Shown here: positions 1-10,737 of the stretch, piece after piece
Layout of the letters: each line of letters starts with the position of its first letter
Numbering within the stretch: position 1 is the stretch's first letter
Source of the DNA: a virus
Taxonomy: Duplodnaviria > Heunggongvirae > Uroviricota > Caudoviricetes
Virus record (IMG/VR): IMGVR_UViG_3300045988_155334
Length of the DNA stretch: 64,000 bases
Direction: 5' to 3' (one strand)
Notes under the pieces: model-generated
Told to the model about the DNA's origin: nothing
What the model saw: only the letters and a program-made list of their open reading frames with translations
Databases searched by the model: none
Program-made: the position numbers and the translations under genes

Positions 1-112
1 TCAGAAGAAAATGCTGCTCCGTTACATTTCAGCCACCCCGTTGGCGGTGTTTCTAAGGGCCATGGAACAGGTACACCAACGGGCAGCGCCGAGCCTTCCC
101 CCAAACCAACGT
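1..112 (-). repeat. Start-less second copy of a tail-fibre C-terminal linker segment (direct repeat of 518-629), cut by the window edge
   Basis: About 92% identical to 518-629; minus strand encodes VGLGEGSALPVGVPVPWPLETPPTGWLKCNGAAFSSE versus S residues LGLGEGSALPVGVPVPWPSATPPTGWLKCNGAAFSSE; begins just after the S stop in a different frame with no start codon. Confidence 0.5.
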
Positions 113-114
113 TT

Positions 115-1974
115 TTATGCCGCCCTTACGATGTAATTAAACGCAATGTTGCGTGGGCGATTTTCATTTGCTGTTGGAACAATTTTTGAAGCATCAAGGC
201 CGATCACTTTTGGGTAAACAGCGCCGTCTGCCCTTTCAGTCACCATACTTTTGACTAAGGAGAAATAACTATTGTTTGTGGAGGGATTTAAAGGCACCAC
301 AGCCCCCTTAAACGTGCTCATTCCTTCCCATATTGAATAATTTTCAGTATTTACAGTTCTGAACTCACCATAGATATTACGTATGGCATCGCCCTGAGCT
401 GATAATATTGCTCTCCCCGCATCCACACCACGCCCATCATCCCAGCCACGGATAAATTCACCGCGTAAATCAGGCAATTTATTTGTCGGGTAAGCCTTTG
501 CCAATTCCGGGTATTCTTCAGAAGAAAATGCTGCGCCGTTACATTTCAGCCACCCCGTTGGCGGTGTGGCTGAGGGCCATGGAACAGGTACACCAACGGG
601 CAGTGCCGAGCCTTCTCCTAAACCAAGGTAATCAAGAACGCTCTGAATACTGGTCTTACCAAGAATGGCGCGTCCAACACTTGTCAATGCAGTTAACGCG
701 GCACGATCAACACCTGTGAAATAAGGGAGTTTATCTGCTGCTGTAGCTAGTGCCGCTAGAGCAGTGAGCGTAGCGTCTGCCGCTTGCTTTCCATTAGCCA
801 AATCATATGCAGCCTTGACAGCTTTCGGTGTGGCGGCCAGCACTTCGGACGTGCTATTGGTAGCACTACTGAGCTGAACTATCCCTTTTTGTGTCGTGGT
901 TGCATCCTGGGCTGTATACTTCCCGTTAGCCAGGTCGTATGCAGCCTTGACAGCTTTCGGTGTGGCGGCCAGCACTTCAGACGTGCTGTTAGTGGCACTA
1001 CTGAGCTGAGTGATGCCTTTCGCTGTCAATGAAGCTGTTGGTACACCAGTGATCTGATTCCAGGGATGTGTATGACTGGATGGTGCCTTTCCGGCTGCTA
1101 GATCGTATGCAGCTTTAACCGCTTTTGGAGTTGCAGCTAATGTTTCAGAAGTGCTGTTGGTGTCGCTACTGAGCTGAACTATCCCTTTTTGAGCCGTGGT
1201 TGCATCCTGGGCTGTATACTTCCCGTTAGCCAGGTCATATGCAGCCTTGACAGCTTTCGGTGTGGCGGCCAGCACTTCAGACGTGCTGTTAGTGGCACTA
1301 CTGAGCTGAACTAATCCCTTTTGCGTTGTGCTTGCATCCTGCGCCGTATACTTGCTTTTCGCCAGATCGTAGGCTTTTTTAACTGCCAGCGAACTCGCAG
1401 CAACATCACTTCTGGTACTGGTTACAGAGTCTGAAATATCAATGCCGATCGTGCGGTTGATACGCTCGGATGTATCAATCATCTCTTGAGTAATGGTAGA
1501 TACGCCAGCAGGGATATTCACCGTACAAACCAGCAGTTCCCCATCACCTAACTGATATGAATCGGTATAGGTTCTGGCAACAAATTCAGCTGCATGAATA
1601 TGTGACGCGGTATTCACCTGATAGGTATCTTCTCCAAGAAGGTATCTTCCCTTCAGCACAATTGCATATTTCTTGCCTGCGTTAAGTGCAAGAGAGATAT
1701 CCTTACGATGCTGAATAGTTACCTGGTAGAATTCACCAATATCCACTGACGCTGCGCCAGCGGTTTTATCTCCATCCACTGAGGTGATTAACAGGTTCAT
1801 CCCACCGCCAGGCTTAGGCAAGAAACCAGCATAAAATCCCGGGTCAACAATTCCCCTGAATTTTCGGTTTAGAGCGGCTGACAGATATGGTTCGTGGTAT
1901 TGCACATCAGACACCAGAGCCAACGACTCGGGTGATGGGTAAGTAACCGATGTAACAACTGTAACGTCATTCAT
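115..1974 (-). CDS. Tail fibre protein (S-like) with tandem phage tail-fibre repeats and tail-collar-like C-terminus
   Basis: ORF 115-2061; ATG at 1974 preceded by AGGA and 12 nt after upstream stop; 4-5 repeats of ~35-40 aa (GIVQLSSATNSTSEVLAATPKAVKAAYDLANGKYTAQDATT); C-terminal LPDLRGEFIRGWDDGRG motif. Confidence 0.8.
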   Translation of the reverse strand: MNDVTVVTSVTYPSPESLALVSDVQYHEPYLSAALNRKFRGIVDPGFYAGFLPKPGGGMNLLITSVDGDKTAGAASVDIGEFYQVTIQHRKDISLALNAGKKYAIVLKGRYLLGEDTYQVNTASHIHAAEFVARTYTDSYQLGDGELLVCTVNIPAGVSTITQEMIDTSERINRTIGIDISDSVTSTRSDVAASSLAVKKAYDLAKSKYTAQDASTTQKGLVQLSSATNSTSEVLAATPKAVKAAYDLANGKYTAQDATTAQKGIVQLSSDTNSTSETLAATPKAVKAAYDLAAGKAPSSHTHPWNQITGVPTASLTAKGITQLSSATNSTSEVLAATPKAVKAAYDLANGKYTAQDATTTQKGIVQLSSATNSTSEVLAATPKAVKAAYDLANGKQAADATLTALAALATAADKLPYFTGVDRAALTALTSVGRAILGKTSIQSVLDYLGLGEGSALPVGVPVPWPSATPPTGWLKCNGAAFSSEEYPELAKAYPTNKLPDLRGEFIRGWDDGRGVDAGRAILSAQGDAIRNIYGEFRTVNTENYSIWEGMSTFKGAVVPLNPSTNNSYFSLVKSMVTERADGAVYPKVIGLDASKIVPTANENRPRNIAFNYIVRAA

Positions 1975-1985
1975 CAAGCATATCC

Positions 1986-2420
1986 TTATGCTGTAGTCGT
2001 GTTTATGGCCATAACTGCGGTATATGTTTTGCCCACATACAGCGAGTCTTCTTGGACACAAATAATGGCGATTGGCTTATTCTCGTTATCCAGAACAACC
2101 AGAGTGTTGAATGGGTAGTTTTTCCCTTCCTGCAACTGACTTTGATCAAGGTCCATTCGGACAGTAATTATCCCGCCTGAGTAGGTTGGGACGAGGTTGA
2201 TGGTGCAAAATTGACTGGTCAGTTCTGCCAGATCGAAAGCCTTTGGCAGTTCTCCAATCTCATAATTGCCATCTCCTTTCTTAGTAACCAGTGAACTGGT
2301 ACCGAAAACGGCCTTGCTGATTAAAAATCGAGAGCCTTTGTTAATGGACGATTCAGCGCGCCGCTGATAGTAATAGTCCAACAACTGACTCTTATAGAGG
2401 TTTGTTGAGACGTCAGACAT
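1986..2420 (-). CDS. Tail fibre/baseplate-associated protein (P1 R-like by position)
   Basis: 144-aa ORF immediately upstream of the tail fibre gene in the same operon. Confidence 0.45.
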   Translation of the reverse strand: MSDVSTNLYKSQLLDYYYQRRAESSINKGSRFLISKAVFGTSSLVTKKGDGNYEIGELPKAFDLAELTSQFCTINLVPTYSGGIITVRMDLDQSQLQEGKNYPFNTLVVLDNENKPIAIICVQEDSLYVGKTYTAVMAINTTTA

Positions 2421-2471
2421 GATTTTCCCTAATCAATGTTGTGAAGCCTCATTGTAAGATAAGTAACTTGT

Positions 2472-2493
2472 CACCCCGCCCTGCGGACGGGGT
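2472..2493 (-). other. GC-rich intercistronic hairpin between the gp16-like gene and the R-like gene
   Basis: caccccg...cggggtg 7-bp stem; weak T-run, so probably attenuator or processing site rather than terminator. Confidence 0.3.
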
Positions 2494-2498
2494 GATTG

Positions 2499-3338
2499 TC
2501 ACGCATCGCTATCCAACAGCAAATCATCTGCGCGGGTGCGATCAAACGTAGGCGTTGCTTTCACAATAGTGCCGCCCGGCGTTGCAGTGATCGGGGCGTT
2601 AATCGACGTAACTTCAGTAAGCGAAGTTGTATCCGAAGTTTCAAACCAGCAGAATGCTTTTTCGGTATCAGAAATCTCATTCAAAGTGATCATGTCGGCC
2701 TGTTCATTTACAACAACCGACAAATAGAGCGTAAGCCCATCAAACACTATATGCAGTGGCAGTAGAGGCTTTACGAACTGATTAAACTTTCTGAGAATTT
2801 CTTCTGTAATTGCGGACTGATCTATCGATCCAGTAATACCCATTGTCCGGGCCAGGTCGTTTATGGGAATACTGATCATTCCTCTGGAAGTCAGAAACAT
2901 CTCGCCGAATGTGCCGCCGGTGGTTTCCAGTGTGCTTTCTGGAATCAGGACCGTGCCATAGGGATGTCGTTCAAAGTCCACCGGAGCATATATGGGATCC
3001 CATAAAACCGATATACCGTTAAATTCGCGATAAATTGTCTGGTTTATAGGGCGTTCAGTACCCTTAAAATGGATCTCATCAAACCGCTGTTGTAACAACA
3101 TCGGAACGGAAGATGAATTCGACGTTCTGATAGTAAAAAACTGGCCAAGTTCATTTGTCCTGGTCTCCAGATCCTCCTTGCTCATGGAGAAAATAGACTT
3201 CCGGTTGGTAATTCGCTCCAACCATGGGTCAACAAAGGTGTCCATCATTGACTGAACCAAATCAGCCAATGATTTATAAAGCAATGACTTTTGCTTAGCT
3301 GATGTAAGCCGGTTATTAAACCAGGAACGTTGCATCAC
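2499..3338 (-). CDS. Baseplate wedge protein, gpI-like (P1 gp16-like by position)
   Basis: 279-aa ORF following the gpJ-like gene, the typical W-J-I baseplate order of P2/Mu-type myoviruses. Confidence 0.45.
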   Translation of the reverse strand: MMQRSWFNNRLTSAKQKSLLYKSLADLVQSMMDTFVDPWLERITNRKSIFSMSKEDLETRTNELGQFFTIRTSNSSSVPMLLQQRFDEIHFKGTERPINQTIYREFNGISVLWDPIYAPVDFERHPYGTVLIPESTLETTGGTFGEMFLTSRGMISIPINDLARTMGITGSIDQSAITEEILRKFNQFVKPLLPLHIVFDGLTLYLSVVVNEQADMITLNEISDTEKAFCWFETSDTTSLTEVTSINAPITATPGGTIVKATPTFDRTRADDLLLDSDA

Positions 3339-4768
3339 TCCTCCTCATACGAAATATTGAAGGTGGAGTTTTCTGTATCCAGATAAACGAAATCGTAAAA
3401 GCCGTTGGACTCATACCACTCGACAAACTCCAGATAAAAGTCGCGGAAATAGCCCAGCGTTTCGATAAACGCCCAAACGTCTTTTTTCTTAATCAGGATG
3501 TACTTTCCGACGCGGTTCGGATCAAAGAAAGTTGAGTCGCGCCCAAATTTTTTTTCCAGTGCCGACTTCAGCTCATCGGTCACATTCTCAATGGTCAGGC
3601 TTGCCGATATCCGTCCGGTGATGGTTATCTTAAATGGTAGTTTTCTGACCTCTTTATAAGAGAATTTCTTGTTCAGTTCATTCGGTACCTTCTTAAAGGC
3701 AGCCAGGATCATTTCTTCAAGCTCTGACTGACTTTTATTCGGATGCCATCCTGAAATAAATATCTTATTGATATTCTGAACATTATAAGCACCATCTAAT
3801 TTTTCTTGCTGACCCTCGCCCCATGCCTTTACCCAGGACAGTCCCGGGATGTTACGCACCAGAAAATACGTATAGTCCCCGCCCCATACGACCTGATCAT
3901 CATAGGCAAGGTAATATTGTGCACGGTTACGTGTGATCTCCGTTGTTTCGGCATCGGTACCTGTGGTTATAGGTGTCGTTGTCTTAACTGAAATCAAATT
4001 AGCTAAATTAGCCGCAGAATCGACAGGCGTCAGGTTTTGGCCAGCAACCAGGGTTATATCGCCGTTGGTGCACCATACCTTAAGCGTAATTGTCGAGCCT
4101 TCTGGCGGTATTTGCCCAATTAGCCCATCGCCGAATCGAACTCCCAACTGCTCGGATGGTTTATAAAACTCAACGTAGACCTGGCTTTTACTACCGGCTA
4201 ACCGGAACATAGTGCTGGAAGACCACTGCGTGGTCTTACCATCGGTCGTCACGAATACTTCCAGCTTATAGCAGACAGCAGTGAGAGCCTTTGATAACAC
4301 GACTTCCAGAAATTCTTTGGCTGCCGTAACGGTATATGTCACCTCCTGGATTTCCAACTGTGCCACTTCTACCGTACCGGTGCCGTCAACCAACCTGCAT
4401 ACATCCATAGTCATGTAAGGGTACTGGTCGTCAGATATTAAAGGCGTGTTTTTGGGGATTACCGCTGGAGCATCTTCACTTGTGGCTGTGATCTCAACCA
4501 TCCCGGATGACGGTGTTGGCTTGGTACCAACGTAACTATTCGTTTCTGCCGCTGCCAAGATAGAGGAACGCCGCGTCGCGGTCGATATAAAGCCTTCAGC
4601 CAGCGCCGCATCGGCATACTGAAAGCACCTGTAGACAATCTGGGTAATAAACAATGTCAGCATCGAGACAAATTGAGAGCCGACAAACTTCGACCAGAAT
4701 GAATCTTTCTCGACAAGCTCTTCAAACTCTGCACGAATACTGTCTTTAGTCGGTGTTGTTTTACTCAT
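3335..4768 (-). CDS. Baseplate J-like protein (P1 BplA-like)
   Basis: 477-aa ORF between the gpW-like and gpI-like genes, start overlaps upstream stop. Confidence 0.5.
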   Translation of the reverse strand: MSKTTPTKDSIRAEFEELVEKDSFWSKFVGSQFVSMLTLFITQIVYRCFQYADAALAEGFISTATRRSSILAAAETNSYVGTKPTPSSGMVEITATSEDAPAVIPKNTPLISDDQYPYMTMDVCRLVDGTGTVEVAQLEIQEVTYTVTAAKEFLEVVLSKALTAVCYKLEVFVTTDGKTTQWSSSTMFRLAGSKSQVYVEFYKPSEQLGVRFGDGLIGQIPPEGSTITLKVWCTNGDITLVAGQNLTPVDSAANLANLISVKTTTPITTGTDAETTEITRNRAQYYLAYDDQVVWGGDYTYFLVRNIPGLSWVKAWGEGQQEKLDGAYNVQNINKIFISGWHPNKSQSELEEMILAAFKKVPNELNKKFSYKEVRKLPFKITITGRISASLTIENVTDELKSALEKKFGRDSTFFDPNRVGKYILIKKKDVWAFIETLGYFRDFYLEFVEWYESNGFYDFVYLDTENSTFNISYEEE

Positions 4769-5124
4769 AGCACCACGTCCTGTGTGATAGTTATATCCCT
4801 GATACGAATGGATATTTTCAACTTATCAAAAGCATCTCCCTCGGCTACTGACAAGCCAGAAATCGGTATGTCAGGTAAATCTACCGTCAGTTTTTGCAAC
4901 AGCATTGCCTCAACCGCAATTTGAACATGCGACAAGTTGGTCGGTTCGTGTTTAAACTGCGGTAAAACATTGCCCCATGACGGATCTCCGTATACCTCAC
5001 CCTGATAAGTGTTTAGCCACTCATATAAACGAGCGCCCCAGGCCTCCTCCTGGGACTCATACGTTTTTACGCCGGATAACTCCAGCGTCAGCAAAGGATC
5101 AATTTCGTTATTGTTGGCCATCAA
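4765..5124 (-). CDS. Baseplate gpW/gp25-like protein (P1 PmgA-like)
   Basis: 119-aa ORF directly after sit, overlapping stop/start. Confidence 0.4.
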   Translation of the reverse strand: MMANNNEIDPLLTLELSGVKTYESQEEAWGARLYEWLNTYQGEVYGDPSWGNVLPQFKHEPTNLSHVQIAVEAMLLQKLTVDLPDIPISGLSVAEGDAFDKLKISIRIRDITITQDVVL

Positions 5125-8100
5125 TCAACTCTCGCGTAGTCATTCATCAACGGATCATCAATTGACAGTGGTACCGTGCGCATAACGCCCGGCTGAGGCG
5201 TGCTGACCTTTACGACAGTTCCCTGGCCTTTCGCCGAGTCTTTGGTGTGCTCTTCAATCCTGGCAAGCAATGAGGTCATCTGCGCAAACAGCCGCTTCGT
5301 TTCACCATCAAGTGAAACGGTATTATCAGCCAACTGCATTGTCGGCTTGGCACCGGAACCGCCAAGGTCACTAATAACCTGCCCGTCTATCTGCATACGA
5401 CCGGTTGGTTGCTGCAAATCGTTGGCGGCAGTCGTCACCTGGGACGTGGAGGCTGGTTCAGGCGCATTATTTTTCCGCATCCCCGGCGAGTTGCGGAGTT
5501 TATCGAATAGTCCATCAATCCCCATTTGTGCGCCGAGATGGTCAAAGTAACTTGAGTTGTTGGCCACCGGACGCGCCTCTTCAACTGGCATCGGGGTATC
5601 AACATACACATTGCCAGCTGCTGTTGCGGTCCCCTTCCCTCGTGCACGTTCTTCGAGCGTTCCCTGAACGACTTCCCGACGCATCCCCCGGCCATTCATG
5701 AATTTGTTGACCAGATCGTTAACGCCAACAGCATTGCCGATTTTGTCTACCAGACCGCCTTTCTCAAACGGGCTATCACCAGGGGTAAACGCCAGGCCAG
5801 TAGACTGATCGATAACAGCGTTATCAGGCAGTGGTCCCCTCACTCCATATTGCGCCCCACCCTGTGCTCCTGCTCCAGGTGTATAGATTTCACCACCTAA
5901 ATAGCGAGCACGATGAGTATTGACCTTGATCGCGTACTCACGGTTTTCTTTCGATAAGTCACCTGTGCCTTTTTTCCACTTATTAATAGTGCCAAACCCA
6001 GCATTATATGCAGTGATGGCCTCGTTTAAGTCTCCATTGGCTTGCTTCAGATACTTGCTCATGAGAAGAGCCGCAGCTTCTGCCGATTTCACAGGATCAA
6101 ACGATTCACCTTCAGCTAAGCCAGTCTCTTCACGAGCAATCCCCGTGAACTGAAACATCCCCAGAGCACCGGTTTGGGATTTTGCATACGGATTACCACC
6201 AGATTCAGTTGCAGCAATCGCGTAAAGAGTGCCTTCTGGAAGACCGTATTTATTCTCTAGTTCAGCAAAATACGGAGCCAACTTATCGAGATTTGCCTTA
6301 CCTTCAGCGCCAAGACTTCCGACTTTTACATCCAAGTTGCCATTGTTGTAGGTATCCGCAGCTTTCTGAATGTCATTCCTGGTACCAGTGGTATTAAGCG
6401 ACGATGATGACGAGCTATTTTGACCAATAGCTTTATCAATTTTCTGCAACGCGCTATTGCCCGTTTCTACGGCATTTGCATTGATAATCTGATTGGCAGT
6501 TTGTTTAACTGTTTTATTGCTATCTTTCGCTGTGTCCAGTGCCGCATTTATCACGCGGGTAGCAATATTACTCTGTTTGGCATCGGATTCAGTTTTAGAA
6601 TCAGACGTCTCCTGGTGGCTATTAACCGGAGCTTTTAACTCTGGAGTGATTTCTTTCGCATTAGCCTCGCCGATCGGATTGGGTATTTTTGATACAATCA
6701 TTGCCGCAGGGGTATTTTTAACGGCATCAACCGCTGCATCTAATGCTTTACCTGGTAAATTTTTAACCCCATCCCAAATATTACCAGCCGCCTCTTTAAT
6801 GTGTTTCCCTGGGTTCTTAATGAAATCAATTGCACTATCAATTGCATCACTGAAAACCTGTTTCAGGTTATCGACAGTAAAGAAGTCTTTGATGGCATCC
6901 AGCTTTTCAAGCAGCTTATTAGATGTATCGCTAAACCATGCTGAAACAGCATCACCAATCTTTGCTGTGTAATCATCGAACTTGGTAGAAATGGTGTCGC
7001 CAAGGTTAGAAATATATGTTTCTAAGTTGGTAATCCCACTATCAATGGTCTGGGCAATACTTTCCGTCGAAAATGATTGCAACATATTGCCGATATCCTC
7101 AAATCCAAGTGATTTGAGAACCTCACCAATGGCGCTGCTAATACCAGATACCAGTCCCCCCATATCAAGAACATTAGCTAACGTATAAGCGGCTTTTTGC
7201 TGGAATGATGGATCTTGTCCTGATTTAAGCCCAAACGCTCGACGTTGCGCTTCTGTATCATTCCAACCGGTTACCGCATCATAAATACCTCCAGCCACTG
7301 TGCCGACTAGGGGAATTGCGCGTAACGCCCCTTTACCAACTGCCTTTAATCCAAGTTTACCTGCTGCCCGGGCAGCCAAATCTCCGCCTTCATGGGCGAG
7401 AGTCTTCTTGCCACCACCGCGTAGCATTCCTACAAGTTTCTTTGCCCCCAGAGCGCCAAAAGCGAGTGCTCCAGCTTTTTTCAGCATGCCACGCCCCATT
7501 AACAACGACGCGACGCCACCGGCCCCCTTCCCTAACAGGCTAAATAGTTTGGACAGCAAGCCGCCCTTCCTTTTCCCGGTGTTTTTGGCTATCTGATCAA
7601 GGGCGCTGAGAATCTTGTCATTGCCCTCTTTAATTTCGCTGGTCTGCTCCTGAAGTTCCTGAACCGTCCGTTTTTGGGTGTTAACCTGAACGACATCGGC
7701 ACTATTTTGCGATTTACGCCTAAAAAAACCTTTTCTACGGCTGTTATCGTCATTGCCACGAATCACATCGGCAATAGACTTTCTGGCACCATTAAGCGAT
7801 CCACCAACTTCTTTTGATATCCCGCCAAGCTCCTTCCCTGCTGCCCACAATGGACCAGCAACGGCATAACCTAACGCATCGACGGCACGAGTCTCTGAAG
7901 GGTTACCTATGCCTTCAGCTACTTTTGACAGTTTTTTTAATAAACCTGATTCAGCATTTAGACGCTCATCATCCTCTTTGCGCCTGGCCTTTTCAGCACG
8001 TTCAGCACGGGCATCTTCCGCTGCGGCCTTACTCCCTGACTTTCCAATAAAACGACCACGCGCATCGCGTTGGTTTTGGCTTTTTTGCGCACCGCCTTTT

Positions 8101-8513
8101 TGACCGAACATTTCGCGAGCGTGTTCGGCTGCTTCGGTCCGTTGCGCCTTTACATCTTCTGTTATAGCCTTCTTGCGTCGTTTTTTACCCTTTCGCGTAG
8201 TTGATTTGGCCTGCGGTTCCTGTAGAGCAACATCCTCCTGAACTACACGAGAAACGTCCCCTAAATTAAGCCGTTTCATTGCCTCAACAATAGGGTCCAC
8301 TGATGGCGCATTGGCCACAAAGTCTGGCCGGGAATTTTCGATTGTGCGATTTAATGCCGACACACTGCGAGAGACAGGATCAACAGTTGCAACGCGCCCC
8401 CCTTTCAAATCTTCAACAGCTTCCCGGATACCTGCAAGCTCTTCCAGCTCTTTTGCGCTGGCGGTTTCAACTGTCCTTATAACATCGTCAATGTTGGCGT
8501 TTTTTCTTTCCAT
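5121..8513 (-). CDS. sit: Sit: tape-measure-like injected protein with soluble lytic transglycosylase domain
   Basis: 1130-aa ORF; SLT motifs ...AIAATESGGNPYAKSQTGALGMFQF...AYNAG...; long low-complexity Gly/Lys/Ala-rich N-terminal half. Confidence 0.85.
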   Translation of the reverse strand: MERKNANIDDVIRTVETASAKELEELAGIREAVEDLKGGRVATVDPVSRSVSALNRTIENSRPDFVANAPSVDPIVEAMKRLNLGDVSRVVQEDVALQEPQAKSTTRKGKKRRKKAITEDVKAQRTEAAEHAREMFGQKGGAQKSQNQRDARGRFIGKSGSKAAAEDARAERAEKARRKEDDERLNAESGLLKKLSKVAEGIGNPSETRAVDALGYAVAGPLWAAGKELGGISKEVGGSLNGARKSIADVIRGNDDNSRRKGFFRRKSQNSADVVQVNTQKRTVQELQEQTSEIKEGNDKILSALDQIAKNTGKRKGGLLSKLFSLLGKGAGGVASLLMGRGMLKKAGALAFGALGAKKLVGMLRGGGKKTLAHEGGDLAARAAGKLGLKAVGKGALRAIPLVGTVAGGIYDAVTGWNDTEAQRRAFGLKSGQDPSFQQKAAYTLANVLDMGGLVSGISSAIGEVLKSLGFEDIGNMLQSFSTESIAQTIDSGITNLETYISNLGDTISTKFDDYTAKIGDAVSAWFSDTSNKLLEKLDAIKDFFTVDNLKQVFSDAIDSAIDFIKNPGKHIKEAAGNIWDGVKNLPGKALDAAVDAVKNTPAAMIVSKIPNPIGEANAKEITPELKAPVNSHQETSDSKTESDAKQSNIATRVINAALDTAKDSNKTVKQTANQIINANAVETGNSALQKIDKAIGQNSSSSSSLNTTGTRNDIQKAADTYNNGNLDVKVGSLGAEGKANLDKLAPYFAELENKYGLPEGTLYAIAATESGGNPYAKSQTGALGMFQFTGIAREETGLAEGESFDPVKSAEAAALLMSKYLKQANGDLNEAITAYNAGFGTINKWKKGTGDLSKENREYAIKVNTHRARYLGGEIYTPGAGAQGGAQYGVRGPLPDNAVIDQSTGLAFTPGDSPFEKGGLVDKIGNAVGVNDLVNKFMNGRGMRREVVQGTLEERARGKGTATAAGNVYVDTPMPVEEARPVANNSSYFDHLGAQMGIDGLFDKLRNSPGMRKNNAPEPASTSQVTTAANDLQQPTGRMQIDGQVISDLGGSGAKPTMQLADNTVSLDGETKRLFAQMTSLLARIEEHTKDSAKGQGTVVKVSTPQPGVMRTVPLSIDDPLMNDYARVD

Positions 8514-8594
8514 GATCTTATCGCCTACCGTTTCGGTTTAAGTTTTTCTTCCAGTTTCTCCAACAGGAAAAACGCATAGGATTCAGTAAGCCTT

Positions 8595-9476
8595 TCAGCG
8601 TCCTGAATCGGTATACCCCCATACAAAACCAGGTTGGACACTAAGGTCTGATAGCTTTTCAATCCCCACCTGTGGAATGAAGTCGGTAGCCCGAAAGGGC
8701 ACCCACAGACGGGTATATGCACCCTCTGTGGACTCCTTTTTATCCTGATTTGGGCATTTATGCGGCGGGAGACGAAGACGCATTTCACCTTTATCGATGT
8801 AGCACGGTAAACCATGTTCGAGCTTTTCATGAGCCAGTCGGATGTGTGCCGCCAGCTTCATAAATTCAGTATCAATGGCCATCCGTTTAATCGTTTCATA
8901 ACGACGCTCAGCCTGATCTTCACGAGTACCGCTAACATCGTTATAAAGCTCACACTGATAAGCGAATTCCCAAAAACGCAAATCAACGATCGCTTCTTTG
9001 AATTCCGCGTCGTCTTCAGGTGGCAATGCTGCACGGCGCATCTCCAGCATTTCCATTGCCCAACCATCAAGCGGCACGATACGCCATTGATAAGGTACTC
9101 CCTCGACAGACACCTCAATATCGTCAATGAAAGGTTCCACTTCCAGGACCTGGATATCTTCAGCCAGAGCATTCATATCGCAATCGTAATAATGCTCTTT
9201 ACCGCAATGTTTACAGGTGTAGGTGAATGTCTCGACCGGTGTTTCACGGGAGCCGGTAAATATCCACCATAACGCGGTAATCCGGTCCTGCGCCGTCCAT
9301 GTCAGGGGATCATGTTTCGCAGGTTCAGCCAGCAAGGCTTTTAAATACGCCGTTGTCTGTTGTTCTTGTTCCTCCGGTGTTATCGAGTTGAAACGCATCG
9401 CATCAGCAATATTTGGCTGACGGAACTGGATCAATTCAGTTGGCCGCGATGGTAGCGGGAAAAGAGGTAAAAGCAT
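8595..9476 (-). CDS. Putative morphogenetic protein (PmgB-like by position)
   Basis: 293-aa ORF in the sit operon; contains CxxC pair. Confidence 0.4.
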   Translation of the reverse strand: MLLPLFPLPSRPTELIQFRQPNIADAMRFNSITPEEQEQQTTAYLKALLAEPAKHDPLTWTAQDRITALWWIFTGSRETPVETFTYTCKHCGKEHYYDCDMNALAEDIQVLEVEPFIDDIEVSVEGVPYQWRIVPLDGWAMEMLEMRRAALPPEDDAEFKEAIVDLRFWEFAYQCELYNDVSGTREDQAERRYETIKRMAIDTEFMKLAAHIRLAHEKLEHGLPCYIDKGEMRLRLPPHKCPNQDKKESTEGAYTRLWVPFRATDFIPQVGIEKLSDLSVQPGFVWGYTDSGR

Positions 9477-9490
9477 CCTTGCTCCTTAAT

Positions 9491-10102
9491 TCAAAGAGAA
9501 AAACTAAAGCCCAGAAGGGAAGCCAAAGAACTTGAGGATTGGTTAAACGTGCTGTGCAATGCGAAGGTCATTGGGAATGACTTAAATTCAGTAACCTGAT
9601 CTCGCGCATAGGTGACATCGCCGGTAGTGACCGGGAATACCGTCATCTCATTTTCCAGTTTGGTTAAGCCGGAAGACAGCAACCGATAAATACGCACATT
9701 GAGCAAATATTTAGACGGTATATTCCCGGTACCGTCCGGATTGATCACCCGACTTTTTGCCGTCTTAAACCAGTCCAAAACGAGGCCATCAACGGTATCC
9801 CTGACCATCATTGTTATCTGCCCTGGCGAACGCTCCGTTGGTTGAAGGATATTCCCTCCGCCGATTTTAATCGTTTCATATTCGATGCTGTAATCGTGGT
9901 AGGTAATATCTTTGGCAAAGAAGTCTGCCCCCTCCAGTCCATCAACTTCGACAGAGAACTGCCATCCTTGCGCGAACAGCATTTTGTTCATGATGATTGA
10001 CGTCAGCTTACCAACTTCCCGTTCACCAACGCCGGAGCCAAATAATGTCGTCGTTAATGCCGAAGATACATAAGACTTTACTGAAGCAACATTAAACCCC
10101 AT
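9491..10102 (-). CDS. Putative tail tube-like structural protein (Tub-like by position)
   Basis: 203-aa ORF in the sit operon. Confidence 0.35.
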   Translation of the reverse strand: MGFNVASVKSYVSSALTTTLFGSGVGEREVGKLTSIIMNKMLFAQGWQFSVEVDGLEGADFFAKDITYHDYSIEYETIKIGGGNILQPTERSPGQITMMVRDTVDGLVLDWFKTAKSRVINPDGTGNIPSKYLLNVRIYRLLSSGLTKLENEMTVFPVTTGDVTYARDQVTEFKSFPMTFALHSTFNQSSSSLASLLGFSFSL

Positions 10103-10112
10103 ATCAGCCCTC

Positions 10113-10730
<618 letters not shown>

Positions 10731-10737
10731 TGACAGG

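Noticed and set aside
1-629. Diversity-generating retroelement (template/variable repeat) explanation for the duplicated tail-fibre segment
   Set aside because: The 9 mismatches are not confined to adenine positions of one copy, the in-gene copy is ~135 codons from the C-terminus, and no reverse transcriptase gene is visible; recombinational cassette exchange is more likely, though the left side is outside the window
5200-8541. Numerous plus-strand ORFs (e.g. 6493-6972, 7300-7596, 8311-8541) inside the sit gene
   Set aside because: Antisense to a long, well-supported coding region with clear SLT motifs; low-complexity Ala/Ser/Pro-rich translations typical of the reverse strand of a GC-skewed gene
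8525-8830. 101-aa minus-strand ORF overlapping the 3' end of the PmgB-like gene
   Set aside because: Overlaps a longer same-strand ORF in another frame for most of its length and lacks a plausible start context
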